A stretch of DNA of 64,000 nt from Candidatus Collierbacteria bacterium RIFOXYD2_FULL_45_13. GTDB taxonomy: Bacteria > Patescibacteriota > Microgenomatia > UBA1400 > MFAQ01. The notes under the pieces are model-generated. The model worked only from the letters and a program-made list of their open reading frames with translations. It had not been told where the DNA came from and searched no databases. The translations under genes were made by a program, and so were the position numbers. The stretch covers positions 91,489-155,488 of the forward strand of contig MFAS01000001.1 in the NCBI GenBank assembly GCA_001774685.1, in the 5' to 3' direction. Shown one piece after another: positions 10,336-20,044 of this stretch; the first letter of the stretch is position 1, and each line of letters opens with the position of its first letter.

Positions 10336-11340
10336 TTAATCAGTTTTTTGCTGCCAAACGTCCGGGTTCACAAGACAGGATGGCTGTCTTTTTTCAATCG
10401 CATCGGTTATATTCTCCACAACAATTTTTGCCATTGCCATACGCGCTTCGATTGTTGCCGAAGCGGTATGCGGCGTCAGAATGGTGTTGGGAAGGGCTCG
10501 TAACTCCTCAGGAACGTGCGCTTCATCCTCAAAAACATCCAAGCCGGCTCCGGCAATCCATTTTTCCCTGAGCGCCTTAATTAATACCTTTTGATCTACA
10601 ATTGGTCCCCTGGACGTATTGATCAACAACGCGGTCGGCTTCATTAGTTTTAGCTCCCGCTCGCCCACCATGTGTTGAGTTTCCTTGGTCAAAGGAATAG
10701 ACAAACTTACAACATCAGACTTTTCCAAAAGCTGATCCAAAGAATGGTAGGTTACATCGTACTCTTCTTCGAACTCCTCGTCCCTATGGCGATTAAAGTA
10801 TATTATTTTCATCCCTAAAGCACTACACATTCTGGCTGTCCAACGTCCAATCCTCCCTAGACCCACAACACCCATAACTTTATCTTTAATTCCGGTTCCC
10901 AGCAACAGATCCGGTTCCCAACCTTTATACTTCCCGGACCTTATTAACCTGTCTCCTTCTACGATTCTTCTAAACAACGATATCGTCAGAGCAAGGATCT
11001 CTTCGGCCACTGACTCCGTCAAAACTCCGGGTGTATTTGTTACACAAACTCCTCTTTTGGTTGCCGATGGTACGTCAATATTGTCAAACCCTACTGCATA
11101 ATTACTTATCACTCTTAGCTGATCTCCTGCTGCCTCCATCACCTCTTCGTCTATCTTTTCGGTTAACAGGGAAATTATTCCGGTACTTCCCCTAACTCCT
11201 TTTAACAAATCCTCTCGGCCTATATCCCTCCCCGGCCAGACAACTACTTCATACCTATCTTTTAACCTTTCAACAAACTTTCCAAGAAAAACATGAGTCA
11301 CAAATATTTTGGGCTTTTCCATACCTTCATTTAACCACAA
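10336..11340 (-). CDS. D-isomer-specific 2-hydroxyacid dehydrogenase (glyoxylate/hydroxypyruvate reductase-like)
   Basis: NAD-binding GLGRIGRWTARM (GxGxxG). Family-typical RGP, SRGP and HTAS-like segments. Confidence 0.8.
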   Translation of the reverse strand: MWLNEGMEKPKIFVTHVFLGKFVERLKDRYEVVVWPGRDIGREDLLKGVRGSTGIISLLTEKIDEEVMEAAGDQLRVISNYAVGFDNIDVPSATKRGVCVTNTPGVLTESVAEEILALTISLFRRIVEGDRLIRSGKYKGWEPDLLLGTGIKDKVMGVVGLGRIGRWTARMCSALGMKIIYFNRHRDEEFEEEYDVTYHSLDQLLEKSDVVSLSIPLTKETQHMVGERELKLMKPTALLINTSRGPIVDQKVLIKALREKWIAGAGLDVFEDEAHVPEELRALPNTILTPHTASATIEARMAMAKIVVENITDAIEKRQPSCLVNPDVWQQKTD

Positions 11341-11382
11341 TCCAGGTTGTCACTGCTTAGACAGGTAGGACAATTATGGGTT

Positions 11383-12366
11383 TCATATTATTTCCTCCAC
11401 CATTTTCAACTTCTTCGCCATCCATTTCTCCATCTCATTCTTATAAAGCAATCCATCTTTCGCTCCAAGCTTCATTACCTGGCTTCCACCACTGGCCAGT
11501 CCCATCTTCAAATACTCTTCAGGATTACTGTTCTGAAGTATACCCGCCACCACACCACACACAAAGGCATCACCGGCGCCTGTATCGTCTACCGAGTCGA
11601 CCGCAAAAGCATCCATCTTTAGCCAAGTGTGATTGGTTATTACGCTTGCCCCGCGCTTTCCGTCTGTTACCGCCACTACTCTGCACCCAAAATCAGCCAT
11701 TTTTCGCATTATTTCTTTTTCATTATCATAACTAACCCCGGTTAAAATGCTCGCCTCCATACGATTGACGTTAAAAAAGTCAAGTTTGGGGATTAACTTC
11801 ATCAATCTCTCTTTCTGATCTAACTCTTTTCTGCCTGGGTTAAATCCTACTTTCACTGCATTGTTAAAAGCAAACAATATTATGTCTTCAAGAAATTGCA
11901 TTTCTCCCCCCAATGATGATATTTGTATCCAATCGGCTTTTTTAATTTCCTCCCAGTCGATTTCCCTTGAACTTATCAAACCACTTTCTCCACGATAGGT
12001 GACTATCGATCTACCACCATCGGCAGATACCAACACCACAGATAGACCAGTTTTCCCTTCTCCCTTTTGTACCATTGATAAATCAAGCCCCTCTTTCTTT
12101 AGTTGATTTATCATTACCTCCCCCAAATCATCCTTTCCGATTCTTGAGATCATTTTTACCGCTTCACCCAACCGATGAAGTCCCACTGCTACGTTGGTAC
12201 CCCCACCGCCACTCGCCACCATACTCTCTTCGGCCTCAAGCTTTCCACCCACCACCTCGCACATTGCCAAACCTCCCGGCACTTCATGTCCCTTTACTGT
12301 TTTCAGTGCTTTCGACTTAAGTAATACGTCCACCACCGCCGCCCCCACCACAATCACTTTATTCAT
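11383..12366 (-). CDS. PfkB-family carbohydrate kinase (ribokinase-like)
   Basis: C-terminal DTGAGDAF anion-hole motif. N-terminal GG dipeptide region. Confidence 0.8.
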   Translation of the reverse strand: MNKVIVVGAAVVDVLLKSKALKTVKGHEVPGGLAMCEVVGGKLEAEESMVASGGGGTNVAVGLHRLGEAVKMISRIGKDDLGEVMINQLKKEGLDLSMVQKGEGKTGLSVVLVSADGGRSIVTYRGESGLISSREIDWEEIKKADWIQISSLGGEMQFLEDIILFAFNNAVKVGFNPGRKELDQKERLMKLIPKLDFFNVNRMEASILTGVSYDNEKEIMRKMADFGCRVVAVTDGKRGASVITNHTWLKMDAFAVDSVDDTGAGDAFVCGVVAGILQNSNPEEYLKMGLASGGSQVMKLGAKDGLLYKNEMEKWMAKKLKMVEEII

Positions 12367-12564
12367 AAATTAATTCTAACTTATTCACATACCATCATCA
12401 CAGTCCATGTTCCTTTGGGAAATTATCCGGAGTCGCGAAAGCATGGCTCCCGCTAAGAGCGGGATTTGGCGACGAGGCCAAAACAACCGCGATCTGCAGG
12501 GTGAGCGGATTGTGGTTTCCATAAAGGAATGTGGACGAAGATGATATGGGTATAATATAGAGGC

Positions 12565-13005
12565 ATGAAACCTTGGCACTTACTACGCCCAAAAACCGGT
12601 AAAGAAATCCCATTCTTAATACTTGTTACTTTCCTTGCTACTTTTGCCGCCTCCCGTCTCTTTACCGCATTGTTTCCAAATACACTTATCGTTGTCAGGG
12701 GCACACATGTTCATCATTTTGCCTACGGATTTATTCTCCTTGCTCTTATTGGCTTTTTCTCCATTGTCCAGCCAAGATCGGACAGAACTCGTCTCAAACT
12801 CGCCCCACTTTATGGTTTTGCTCTTGGAGTCGCTTTCGACGAATTCGCCATGTGGATCCAGCTCGACGATATCTACAAAGACCGCTCCACCTACGATGCT
12901 ATCCTCATCATCACTCTTATTCTTCTAAACATCGTCTATTTTGAAGACTTCTGGAAAAAGTGGGGTTATCGTCTCGACCGCCTCTTCAAACGCCTCTTCA
13001 GCTGA
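12565..13005 (+). CDS. Hypothetical integral membrane protein
   Basis: Four or more hydrophobic helices. TATAAT box 8 nt upstream of the ATG. Confidence 0.55.
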   Translation: MKPWHLLRPKTGKEIPFLILVTFLATFAASRLFTALFPNTLIVVRGTHVHHFAYGFILLALIGFFSIVQPRSDRTRLKLAPLYGFALGVAFDEFAMWIQLDDIYKDRSTYDAILIITLILLNIVYFEDFWKKWGYRLDRLFKRLFS

Positions 13006-13675
13006 TACCGTACTCCCCTTTGCGCAAGATTGATTGTGCTTTCTCCCAATCAATCTTAAAAACCAAATCTTTATCTTCGTTATCAACTTCGTACAAAATT
13101 TCACCAACTAGCACGAAACCAGCCTCTTCCATCACCTTAATTGATGCGAGATTTTCTCGATCAACAAAAGAAAAAATTTGCCGCGTTGGTCGACTCTCGT
13201 CTCCATTCCCAATCATATTGTTCACTTGAAAGCACACCTGCAACAGACCGCTTGCCACCTGCCTTCCCTTTGCTTCAGGATTTCGTGCATAACTCACCTC
13301 TAATACCAAGTTGTCTGGAGCTAAAAATCCTTCTTTTTCCATTCTTATCCTTAATTCTTCTGGCATTTCATATGTGTTCACAAAACCCTGAACCTCTCCA
13401 ACCTCATCGCTCGTAACATATTCACGAGATCCAACTATCGCAAACAAACAATCATCCCCTTCATTTTTCCCTTTTTGGCCTGCCCATTCTCTTACATCAT
13501 CAATATCCATATTTTCAACTCCCTCAACCCATTTTCTAACTTTCTCATCTTGGACTATTTTTAACAGTCGTCTTATATCTTCCTCATTATCATGATTAAA
13601 AAACCTAATTGAAGTTTTTTGTCCGCGGATACGAAACCGTTCTGTGTCATTGTTTTCTTCAGTAAAATTATCCAT
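12998..13675 (-). CDS. GNAT-family N-acetyltransferase (probable)
   Basis: Motif-A-like KGRQVASGLL and a C-terminal GFVLVGE beta-strand region. Confidence 0.45.
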   Translation of the reverse strand: MDNFTEENNDTERFRIRGQKTSIRFFNHDNEEDIRRLLKIVQDEKVRKWVEGVENMDIDDVREWAGQKGKNEGDDCLFAIVGSREYVTSDEVGEVQGFVNTYEMPEELRIRMEKEGFLAPDNLVLEVSYARNPEAKGRQVASGLLQVCFQVNNMIGNGDESRPTRQIFSFVDRENLASIKVMEEAGFVLVGEILYEVDNEDKDLVFKIDWEKAQSILRKGEYGIS

Positions 13676-13680
13676 CGCGG

Positions 13681-14475
13681 TTACTTAAACACTATCTCCG
13701 ATAACTTTTTGGAAATATCGTTTGGGTATTTATCTTGCCAGACATTTCTACCAATCGCAATTCCTTTAGCTCCAGCTTTCATTGCTCCTTCAATTTCCAG
13801 GTCAAGATTCTCCCAATCTACTTTCTTTCCCCCCTGTGCCAGCACTCCCGTTTTTCCTGCCGCTCGTACTACCCATTCAAAACTTTCGACATCTCCGGTG
13901 TAAGGCACTTTTACAAAGTCCGCATTTAGCTCCATTCCAATTCTGGCACCATAAGCCACCACATCCCGGTCAGCTTCCCTTCCGGCCACCTTTCTACCCC
14001 TTGGATACATCCAGGCGATCACTATCATCCCCCTGGCATGGGCCTCATCTTCTATCTTGGAAAACTCGACTAACATCTGCTCCTCGTGTTCGCTCCCCAC
14101 ATATATAGTGTATCCAACACCAACAGCCCCCAGCTCGGCCGCCTTTTCTACGGTACAGAGCTGAAGTGACAGCGGTTCTTCACCCTGAAACGAAGTTTTC
14201 CCATTAAGTTTTACGATCAAAGGCGGCACATTGACCTGTCCTGAGCTTGCCGAAGGATAGTATTTTGCCGCCACACCTTCCTGAAATACAATCCCCGTAA
14301 AATATCCGTTCTTGGCAATCTCCATGATGTAGGCTGGGTCTACAGTTTTCTCATTAAAATCGACCGGACCATGTTCGAAACCTTGATCATAGGCCAAAAG
14401 CATTACTTTTCCGTTTCTTTCAATCCTTGTAGTATCTACCATATTCCCATTATTCCATAAAAGCCTTCTCACCAC
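13681..14475 (-). CDS. fbaB: Class I fructose-bisphosphate aldolase, DhnA/FbaB (archaeal) type
   Basis: LAYDQGFEHGP matches the FbaB LDQGFEHGP signature. Schiff-base Lys region FVKVPYTGD. Confidence 0.8.
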   Translation of the reverse strand: MVRRLLWNNGNMVDTTRIERNGKVMLLAYDQGFEHGPVDFNEKTVDPAYIMEIAKNGYFTGIVFQEGVAAKYYPSASSGQVNVPPLIVKLNGKTSFQGEEPLSLQLCTVEKAAELGAVGVGYTIYVGSEHEEQMLVEFSKIEDEAHARGMIVIAWMYPRGRKVAGREADRDVVAYGARIGMELNADFVKVPYTGDVESFEWVVRAAGKTGVLAQGGKKVDWENLDLEIEGAMKAGAKGIAIGRNVWQDKYPNDISKKLSEIVFK

Positions 14476-15088
14476 TCAAGTCGTCTTTAATTTCTTGACG
14501 TGGGGGCATCTCCAAATCAAACTCCTGGAGATATTGCATTACCTGTTCCGGCGTGGTTGCTATTTTGTAGACTCTTAAGGCGCCAGGCCGATCACCAATT
14601 CTCATATTCTTTACCAGCGCTTCGACAATAGGATACCAAAACCCACCGTATAAGATTAACGGTTTGTGATGACCAAAATAAAGGTAAGCGAGACCCCAAG
14701 CCATCCCAAACTCTGATAAAGTTCCCGTTCCTCCGTTGAAAACCACATAGGCGTCCCCCAGTTCCAGCAATTTCATTGTCCTGTCCACGTAGTTATTCAT
14801 AATTATCTCCTTATCCGCCTTATTCTGTGGATCTTTACCCTCAAAGTTCTCTATGAACTTGGGGTAGAAAGTCGCCACCGAAGCCACACCACCACCTTCA
14901 TGAGCCCCCTCTGTGGCCGCCCGCATTACACCCGGACCACCTCCGTTTACTACTTCCAAACCACCTTCAGCGATCATCCTCGTTACTTCTACCGTTTCTC
15001 TGTACAAAGGATCTCCTGGTGGGCAGTCGGCAAAACCAAAAATTGTCACAGCCCTTAAATTTTTGAACGTCATACACCCACTATACAA
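14450..15088 (-). CDS. LOG-family protein (cytokinin riboside 5'-monophosphate phosphoribohydrolase-like, TIGR00730)
   Basis: VTIFGFAD..., GGGPGVM, FNGGTGTLSEF (GGxGTxxE). Confidence 0.75.
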   Translation of the reverse strand: MYSGCMTFKNLRAVTIFGFADCPPGDPLYRETVEVTRMIAEGGLEVVNGGGPGVMRAATEGAHEGGGVASVATFYPKFIENFEGKDPQNKADKEIIMNNYVDRTMKLLELGDAYVVFNGGTGTLSEFGMAWGLAYLYFGHHKPLILYGGFWYPIVEALVKNMRIGDRPGALRVYKIATTPEQVMQYLQEFDLEMPPRQEIKDDLSGEKAFME

Positions 15089-15096
15089 GAAAATTC

Positions 15097-15780
15097 CTAA
15101 ACCGCACCCAGATTTTCAAGCCTCCTGAGTTCCTCTTCTATATTCTCGGCATTAAAAAGATCGGATCCCACCGCAAACTCCATGCCCAGAAAACTTTTAT
15201 TGAACTCATCTTCCGCAATTTCCTGAGACCACTCGGCCGCCAAGCATCTTTTGATATTTTCCACGGTCAGACCACCGTCAACCACGATATTAATAAACTC
15301 ACTCATCTCTCTGACTTTCTTTATTTTAGCTAGAACCCGTTCGTCAAATTTTTGTACCCCCTGCGTCCCCGCCTTCACACTCATTAGTAGTACTCCATCA
15401 AGATTGTTAATCATCTCCTCCAGACCATCAAGTGGGGTATCAATATCAAAAGCCAGTCCGGCCTTCATCCCCGCCGCCTCTGTATCGGCCACAAACCTGG
15501 CTCTATCTTCCATTTTCTCTACATGACCATATAGTGACGTCATCCCCGCCGCCGCACATCTATCAACCCACTCCTCGGGTTTGTCCACCATCAATTGTCC
15601 TTCAAAGTCCACAATAGTATCAATGTTTAATAGTATTTCCGGAGTGACTGTTTCCGTCGGAGCAAACTTACCATCAATAATATCCATTTGTACTCTTTTT
15701 GTTATTCCCCAGACCCTTTTAAGCTTTTCTTCAAACGCCGTAATGTCTTTTTCCAGTATAGCTGGCACAATTGTCACCAT
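15097..15780 (-). CDS. rpe: Ribulose-phosphate 3-epimerase
   Basis: VPAIL, MDIIDGKFAP (DxMDGxFVPN-like), VDGGL. Confidence 0.75.
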   Translation of the reverse strand: MVTIVPAILEKDITAFEEKLKRVWGITKRVQMDIIDGKFAPTETVTPEILLNIDTIVDFEGQLMVDKPEEWVDRCAAAGMTSLYGHVEKMEDRARFVADTEAAGMKAGLAFDIDTPLDGLEEMINNLDGVLLMSVKAGTQGVQKFDERVLAKIKKVREMSEFINIVVDGGLTVENIKRCLAAEWSQEIAEDEFNKSFLGMEFAVGSDLFNAENIEEELRRLENLGAV

Positions 15781-16217
15781 TATATTAAGTTATCTAATTT
15801 CATAATTCTCCTTCTATATTTATCTTCACGAGACGCTTCTTCGGTTAGAAAGGTTTTTATCATCCTCCTTGCTGAAGGCTCATCAACATAATCGGAGGGT
15901 ACGGACAATGCATTTATATCATCATCTGTCCGCCCTTTCTTTACAGCCTCCTCCCCAAAGGCGAGCCCGCACCTTACCCCCGCAAATCGGTTAGCCGCAA
16001 TCACCATACCAAATCCATTCCGGCAGAACAATATCACTCTGTCACCCGAAGAGGTTACCGCTTTCACCGCCTGCTGTGCGAAATACACATAGTCATCCTC
16101 AGCCACCGAATTATCGGCCCCAACATCCTCCACCGTATATCCCTCAGTGGCTAGCCATTTCTTAATTAACTCTTTCATCTCAAACCCCCCATGATCCGCA
16201 CCCAATATTACTTTCAT
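15780..16217 (-). CDS. rpiB: Ribose-5-phosphate isomerase B (RpiB/LacAB family)
   Basis: MKVILGADHGGFEMK..., CRNGFGM, SVPSDY. Overlaps the rpe start by 1 nt. Confidence 0.85.
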   Translation of the reverse strand: MKVILGADHGGFEMKELIKKWLATEGYTVEDVGADNSVAEDDYVYFAQQAVKAVTSSGDRVILFCRNGFGMVIAANRFAGVRCGLAFGEEAVKKGRTDDDINALSVPSDYVDEPSARRMIKTFLTEEASREDKYRRRIMKLDNLI

Positions 16218-16344
16218 ACTTTAATATACCAAACGAAATGATTAATATTTTAGTTCCGAAGTACCTGCCCGTTTAGGAAAAGATTGCGCAAGGCGAAAAA
16301 GCCCGGTTTTTTATGTATTCATAAAAATTTTTCGCTGCAAGTCA

Positions 16345-16381
16345 GGACGGATTTCGCACCGGCGAAATAGCGTCCGTTTTT
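16345..16381 (+). terminator. Orphan plus-oriented intrinsic-terminator-like hairpin
   Basis: GGACGGATTTCGC-accg-GCGAAATaGCGTCC followed by TTTTT. Sits in a 200-bp intergenic region whose flanking genes are both on the minus strand. Confidence 0.4.
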
Positions 16382-16417
16382 CCGTACGGATAGGTACGAT
16401 AGGAACCTAGAAAAATA

Positions 16418-16723
16418 TTAATCAAGACCCAACTCCGCCCTTAACTCTTCCGACATGGCGTCCTTACTCCAAGGCGGATCCCAAACCAGGTCGATAGTTA
16501 CATTCTTAACTTCAGGGACATCCTTCATCGCCTCCCTCACCATCTTGTCTATCACAGGAGCCAGTGGGCATCCCGGGCTAGTCAAAGTCATCTCCACTTC
16601 TGCTTCACCGTCCTCATATCGTATATCGTAAATTAACCCCAATTCCACAATACTTACGCCCAATTCCGGATCAATCACTTTTTTCAAAGCTTCCCGTATT
16701 TTGTCTTCAATCATTTCCATCAC
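16418..16723 (-). CDS. DUF59/MIP18-family Fe-S cluster assembly protein (SufT-like)
   Basis: VIDPELGVSIVELGLIY, TSPGCPLAPVI. Confidence 0.8.
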   Translation of the reverse strand: MMEMIEDKIREALKKVIDPELGVSIVELGLIYDIRYEDGEAEVEMTLTSPGCPLAPVIDKMVREAMKDVPEVKNVTIDLVWDPPWSKDAMSEELRAELGLD

Positions 16724-16911
16724 CTTATTTTAAACTGTGCTTCGATCAAAACAAAGACCCCCCAAATCGCCAGTGTCAGACCCACCAACATCCACTGTGT
16801 ACTAGCCAACCACAAATCTGAACCCAAAGCACCAAAAAATGCCATCCCTACTGACACCACAGAAGCATAGATAAGCACCTTTCCCACCATCAATTTATCC
16901 TTATTCCGCAA
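16720..16911 (-). CDS. Small two-TM membrane protein, hypothetical
   Basis: 4-nt overlap with the downstream DUF59 gene (translational coupling). Confidence 0.4.
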   Translation of the reverse strand: MRNKDKLMVGKVLIYASVVSVGMAFFGALGSDLWLASTQWMLVGLTLAIWGVFVLIEAQFKIR

Positions 16912-16986
16912 TTCTATACACCTCCTCTCATAATATATATTACAAAATATTTCTGTTATTCTCAGTATAACAAATGTAACTGCTTT

Positions 16987-18585
16987 CTATTTTCTCTTCT
17001 TTTTAAACAAATCAATATATTTATCTAGATTATCTTTTGTCATTGTTTTTAAGCTATCTCCTATCCAAACCGACCCTCGGAATTTTTTTATGAAGTCAAA
17101 CTGCTCACCAACCTGGGTACCAGTTAATCCGGACCCCCGTCTTCCCACAAAACAATCTGCATCATTAATCCACACTTTCCCGTTCAAAAACAATCTGGCA
17201 CTACTATTTCTCATACTCTCCCTGAACATGTAGTTGTTAATCATTTTTCCTACTACCGGAAATTTTGAAACATAGGGATTTATTGTATCGATACCGACCC
17301 TCGCCGAATCTACGATCCCCACCAGCGGCGAAAGTTGCGTAATTGCCGACATTAGGTGAGTCTTTTTCCCCGCTGCGTTTCTAATAGTCTCATAGCCCAT
17401 TCTTAGAGCTTGTGCTCTCGTCACAGGAAGAAAATAATTGCCGGAAAAACAGACTGGATAAGTAAAGTCTATTTTTAGCATCTCAAATCCCCAATCTAAC
17501 ATTTGTTTCACCACTTTTTTGATATAACTCCGGACTTCTGGGTGGGTCGGATCCAGGACTTTTAGCAAAAGTTGTGGTAAAAAATCCAAGGGAGAACTTT
17601 GCCGGCCGGATAGTTCTCTTCCGGAATCATCACGCAAAAACCATTCCGGATGCTCCAGGTACACTCTGCTTTTAGAACTCGCCACATAAGGCGCAAACCA
17701 TAACCCCGCTTTAAGCCCGGCCTTCCGCACTTCTTTTACTACCGACTTCATCCCTAAAGGAAAACTCTCATTAATTTCCAACCAATCTCCCCAAACACAG
17801 TATCCGGCATCAATCTCCACATATTTTATGTTGGATTTTTTGGGAAATATAGAAAGTGCCTTTAACTGGTCAAGGAGATAATCTTCGCTCACAACATTGC
17901 CCTGATAATAATATGCGCAGCAAAGCCCCACCGGAGGGTTCTTTATACTTTTGGTTTTAGAATGCTTTTTTATCAAATCGGAATATATTTCCAGTGATTG
18001 CCTGGTCCTTTGTTCCCAAACAAAGGCAATCATTTCCGAAAGTATTTTCTCCCCCGGCTTTAAGGTCAGCCCATCGAGCTGGCAGGTTACCCGAACCCTT
18101 ACCCCTTGCCTGTTCTGATTAAGGTAAATCTGCGAAAATTGATCGCGGGATGTTACGGCTCCGATCACAATTCTCCCTTTGGGAAATATCAATTGTGTAA
18201 ACCACTCATTTACCATCGATCCTACCGGATAACCATAACTTTCTAAGAACGAGTTTGGGTTTTGATCCCTCCTGAGAAAAAATTTCTTTGGCCTTGTTTT
18301 AACAATTTTATTTCTGTATCCTGAGAAACTCGATTGGCCCCACCCATTTTCCAACACCATTTCAGTCCTTACGGGCAACAAAAACTCGGCAACCACAATC
18401 GAGTTCACTCTGATTTCTTTCTTCGCTTGATTGCTTATCTCCACCCGAAGAACCAATACCTCCGGTTTTTCTTCGACAATCTTCCTTACCAAGCCGATTC
18501 CCTCTTCGTTGTCAGGCGCTACAAACTTATTTTCTTCATTAACTTTGACATAACATCCAAAAGAAGAGTTAGAAATATTTCTCAT
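16987..18585 (-). CDS. Glycoside hydrolase, alpha-galactosidase-like (GH36/GH27 clan)
   Basis: KYVEIDAGY..WGDW, GLKAGLWFAPY, FEMLKIDF (KxD nucleophile region). Confidence 0.5.
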   Translation of the reverse strand: MRNISNSSFGCYVKVNEENKFVAPDNEEGIGLVRKIVEEKPEVLVLRVEISNQAKKEIRVNSIVVAEFLLPVRTEMVLENGWGQSSFSGYRNKIVKTRPKKFFLRRDQNPNSFLESYGYPVGSMVNEWFTQLIFPKGRIVIGAVTSRDQFSQIYLNQNRQGVRVRVTCQLDGLTLKPGEKILSEMIAFVWEQRTRQSLEIYSDLIKKHSKTKSIKNPPVGLCCAYYYQGNVVSEDYLLDQLKALSIFPKKSNIKYVEIDAGYCVWGDWLEINESFPLGMKSVVKEVRKAGLKAGLWFAPYVASSKSRVYLEHPEWFLRDDSGRELSGRQSSPLDFLPQLLLKVLDPTHPEVRSYIKKVVKQMLDWGFEMLKIDFTYPVCFSGNYFLPVTRAQALRMGYETIRNAAGKKTHLMSAITQLSPLVGIVDSARVGIDTINPYVSKFPVVGKMINNYMFRESMRNSSARLFLNGKVWINDADCFVGRRGSGLTGTQVGEQFDFIKKFRGSVWIGDSLKTMTKDNLDKYIDLFKKKRK

Positions 18586-19276
18586 AAAAAATGTGTTCCT
18601 CCCGCACCCCTTTTTCTTTCAGGTTCTTTTCCATCTCCGTGATCATATTCGGCGCACCGCATAGATATACCAAAGTCTTTGTCCAATCCTGCTCAAGCCG
18701 ATTAACGACGGTATCGACATGTCCGGCAAACCCAGGCCAACCCTCCGTCGGCTTTGAGATGACAATGTCGTGTTTAAAATTGTCAAAATCTCGGTTTATA
18801 TTATCCAGCTCTTTCAGCCAGTATAGTTCTTCGGGGTGACGCATTCCCCAAACCAGTCTCACCTCATTGGTAAAATGTTTCCGGTACAAAAGATCCTCTA
18901 TCATCGGTTTGAAAGGGGCTATCCCTGTTCCGGTAGCCAAAAAAAGTATGTGTCTTGCTTCGAACAACAATAGTGGATCGATCGTAAACCTGCCCAAGAA
19001 AGCCAAAACCTCGACACTGTCTCCTACCTTTAACCCAAGTATATATTTTGATCCCACGCCCATCGGTGTCACATCTACCAACAAGTCAATCACATTTTCG
19101 TCTGGCAAACTAGCTATTGAATAAGACCTTCTTGTTCCATCCGCAGCCACCTTCAGACTGGCATACTGGCCGGGTATATACTCCACCTTTTTATCAAAAC
19201 CAATCCTCACAAGATAGTTATTTCCCGCCAAGTTTTCCATATACTCCACTCTTCCCAATAATTTTTCAGGCAACAT
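18569..19276 (-). CDS. FNR-like FAD/NAD(P)-binding oxidoreductase (ferredoxin-NADP reductase family)
   Basis: RSYSIAS (RxYS FAD motif), LATGTGIAPF (NAD(P) motif). Confidence 0.7.
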   Translation of the reverse strand: MLPEKLLGRVEYMENLAGNNYLVRIGFDKKVEYIPGQYASLKVAADGTRRSYSIASLPDENVIDLLVDVTPMGVGSKYILGLKVGDSVEVLAFLGRFTIDPLLLFEARHILFLATGTGIAPFKPMIEDLLYRKHFTNEVRLVWGMRHPEELYWLKELDNINRDFDNFKHDIVISKPTEGWPGFAGHVDTVVNRLEQDWTKTLVYLCGAPNMITEMEKNLKEKGVREEHIFYEKYF

Positions 19277-19288
19277 AAGGCTATTTTA

Positions 19289-20044
19289 CTATCTACTAAC
19301 GATTAAATAACCGACAATTATCAAGGCAGTCCCCAACAGTAATCTCATCCACTTGGTATTCTTATGCTCCCACTCCTTCATGTCCACCACCTGTTTCCCT
19401 TCTGCCATAGCCGACAATATCAATATTAGTGGCATCACGAAGATCAAATTGTAATACAGGAACCATCCCAGTATTTGCACCATCGGCAAACCCGATCTGG
19501 CGAGTACAGCCGTGGTTCCAATATAAAGAGGCAACATGCAAGGTGTGGAAAAAACCGTTGTCAGAAACCCGATCAAGGCAGCCATTCCGACCCCCGTCTT
19601 TACCATTAGTTTGTTTATCTTTTCAAAACCCAACCTAGGCATTCGTAAATGAATGGGTAAATCCTGCCAAAAGACATCCTTCAGCTGAATTAGTCCCGCC
19701 AAAGCCAATGCTCCTCCGATCACATACTTGAAGACTCCGGCAAGCCATGATCTTTGGAAATAAAAGGCCGCGCTATAAAAGACGAGTCCCAAGAGCAGAT
19801 AAGTTACAAACGTACTCAGTATATAGGTAAAACCAATTTTATAGATCCATTTCTTATCTTTACTTCTCCCCCCAAACACCAACAGGTATCCCAAGAAGGT
19901 GATCATCATCCCTATGCCACAAGGGTTGATCCCGTTCGTCAAAGCAGTTATGGTGAGTATCGGCAGACTGATTTGCATTTTATTTAGTTTCGAGGAGTTG
20001 TTTAACCTTATCAACCACAAATGGTGCTCCCACCTGTTCTCCAT
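19289..20044 (-). CDS. ccdA: Cytochrome c biogenesis / thiol-disulfide transporter CcdA (DsbD family)
   Basis: Polytopic. Membrane-embedded Cys residues in GINPCGIGMM and FSTPCMLPLY. Confidence 0.75.
   Translation of the reverse strand: MENRWEHHLWLIRLNNSSKLNKMQISLPILTITALTNGINPCGIGMMITFLGYLLVFGGRSKDKKWIYKIGFTYILSTFVTYLLLGLVFYSAAFYFQRSWLAGVFKYVIGGALALAGLIQLKDVFWQDLPIHLRMPRLGFEKINKLMVKTGVGMAALIGFLTTVFSTPCMLPLYIGTTAVLARSGLPMVQILGWFLYYNLIFVMPLILILSAMAEGKQVVDMKEWEHKNTKWMRLLLGTALIIVGYLIVSR

Noticed and set aside
12385-12704. Several 60-85-aa ORFs in the intergenic region between the PfkB kinase and the 12565 gene
   Set aside because: They overlap each other in multiple frames, are Pro/Ser-rich with low complexity, and sit in a probable promoter region.
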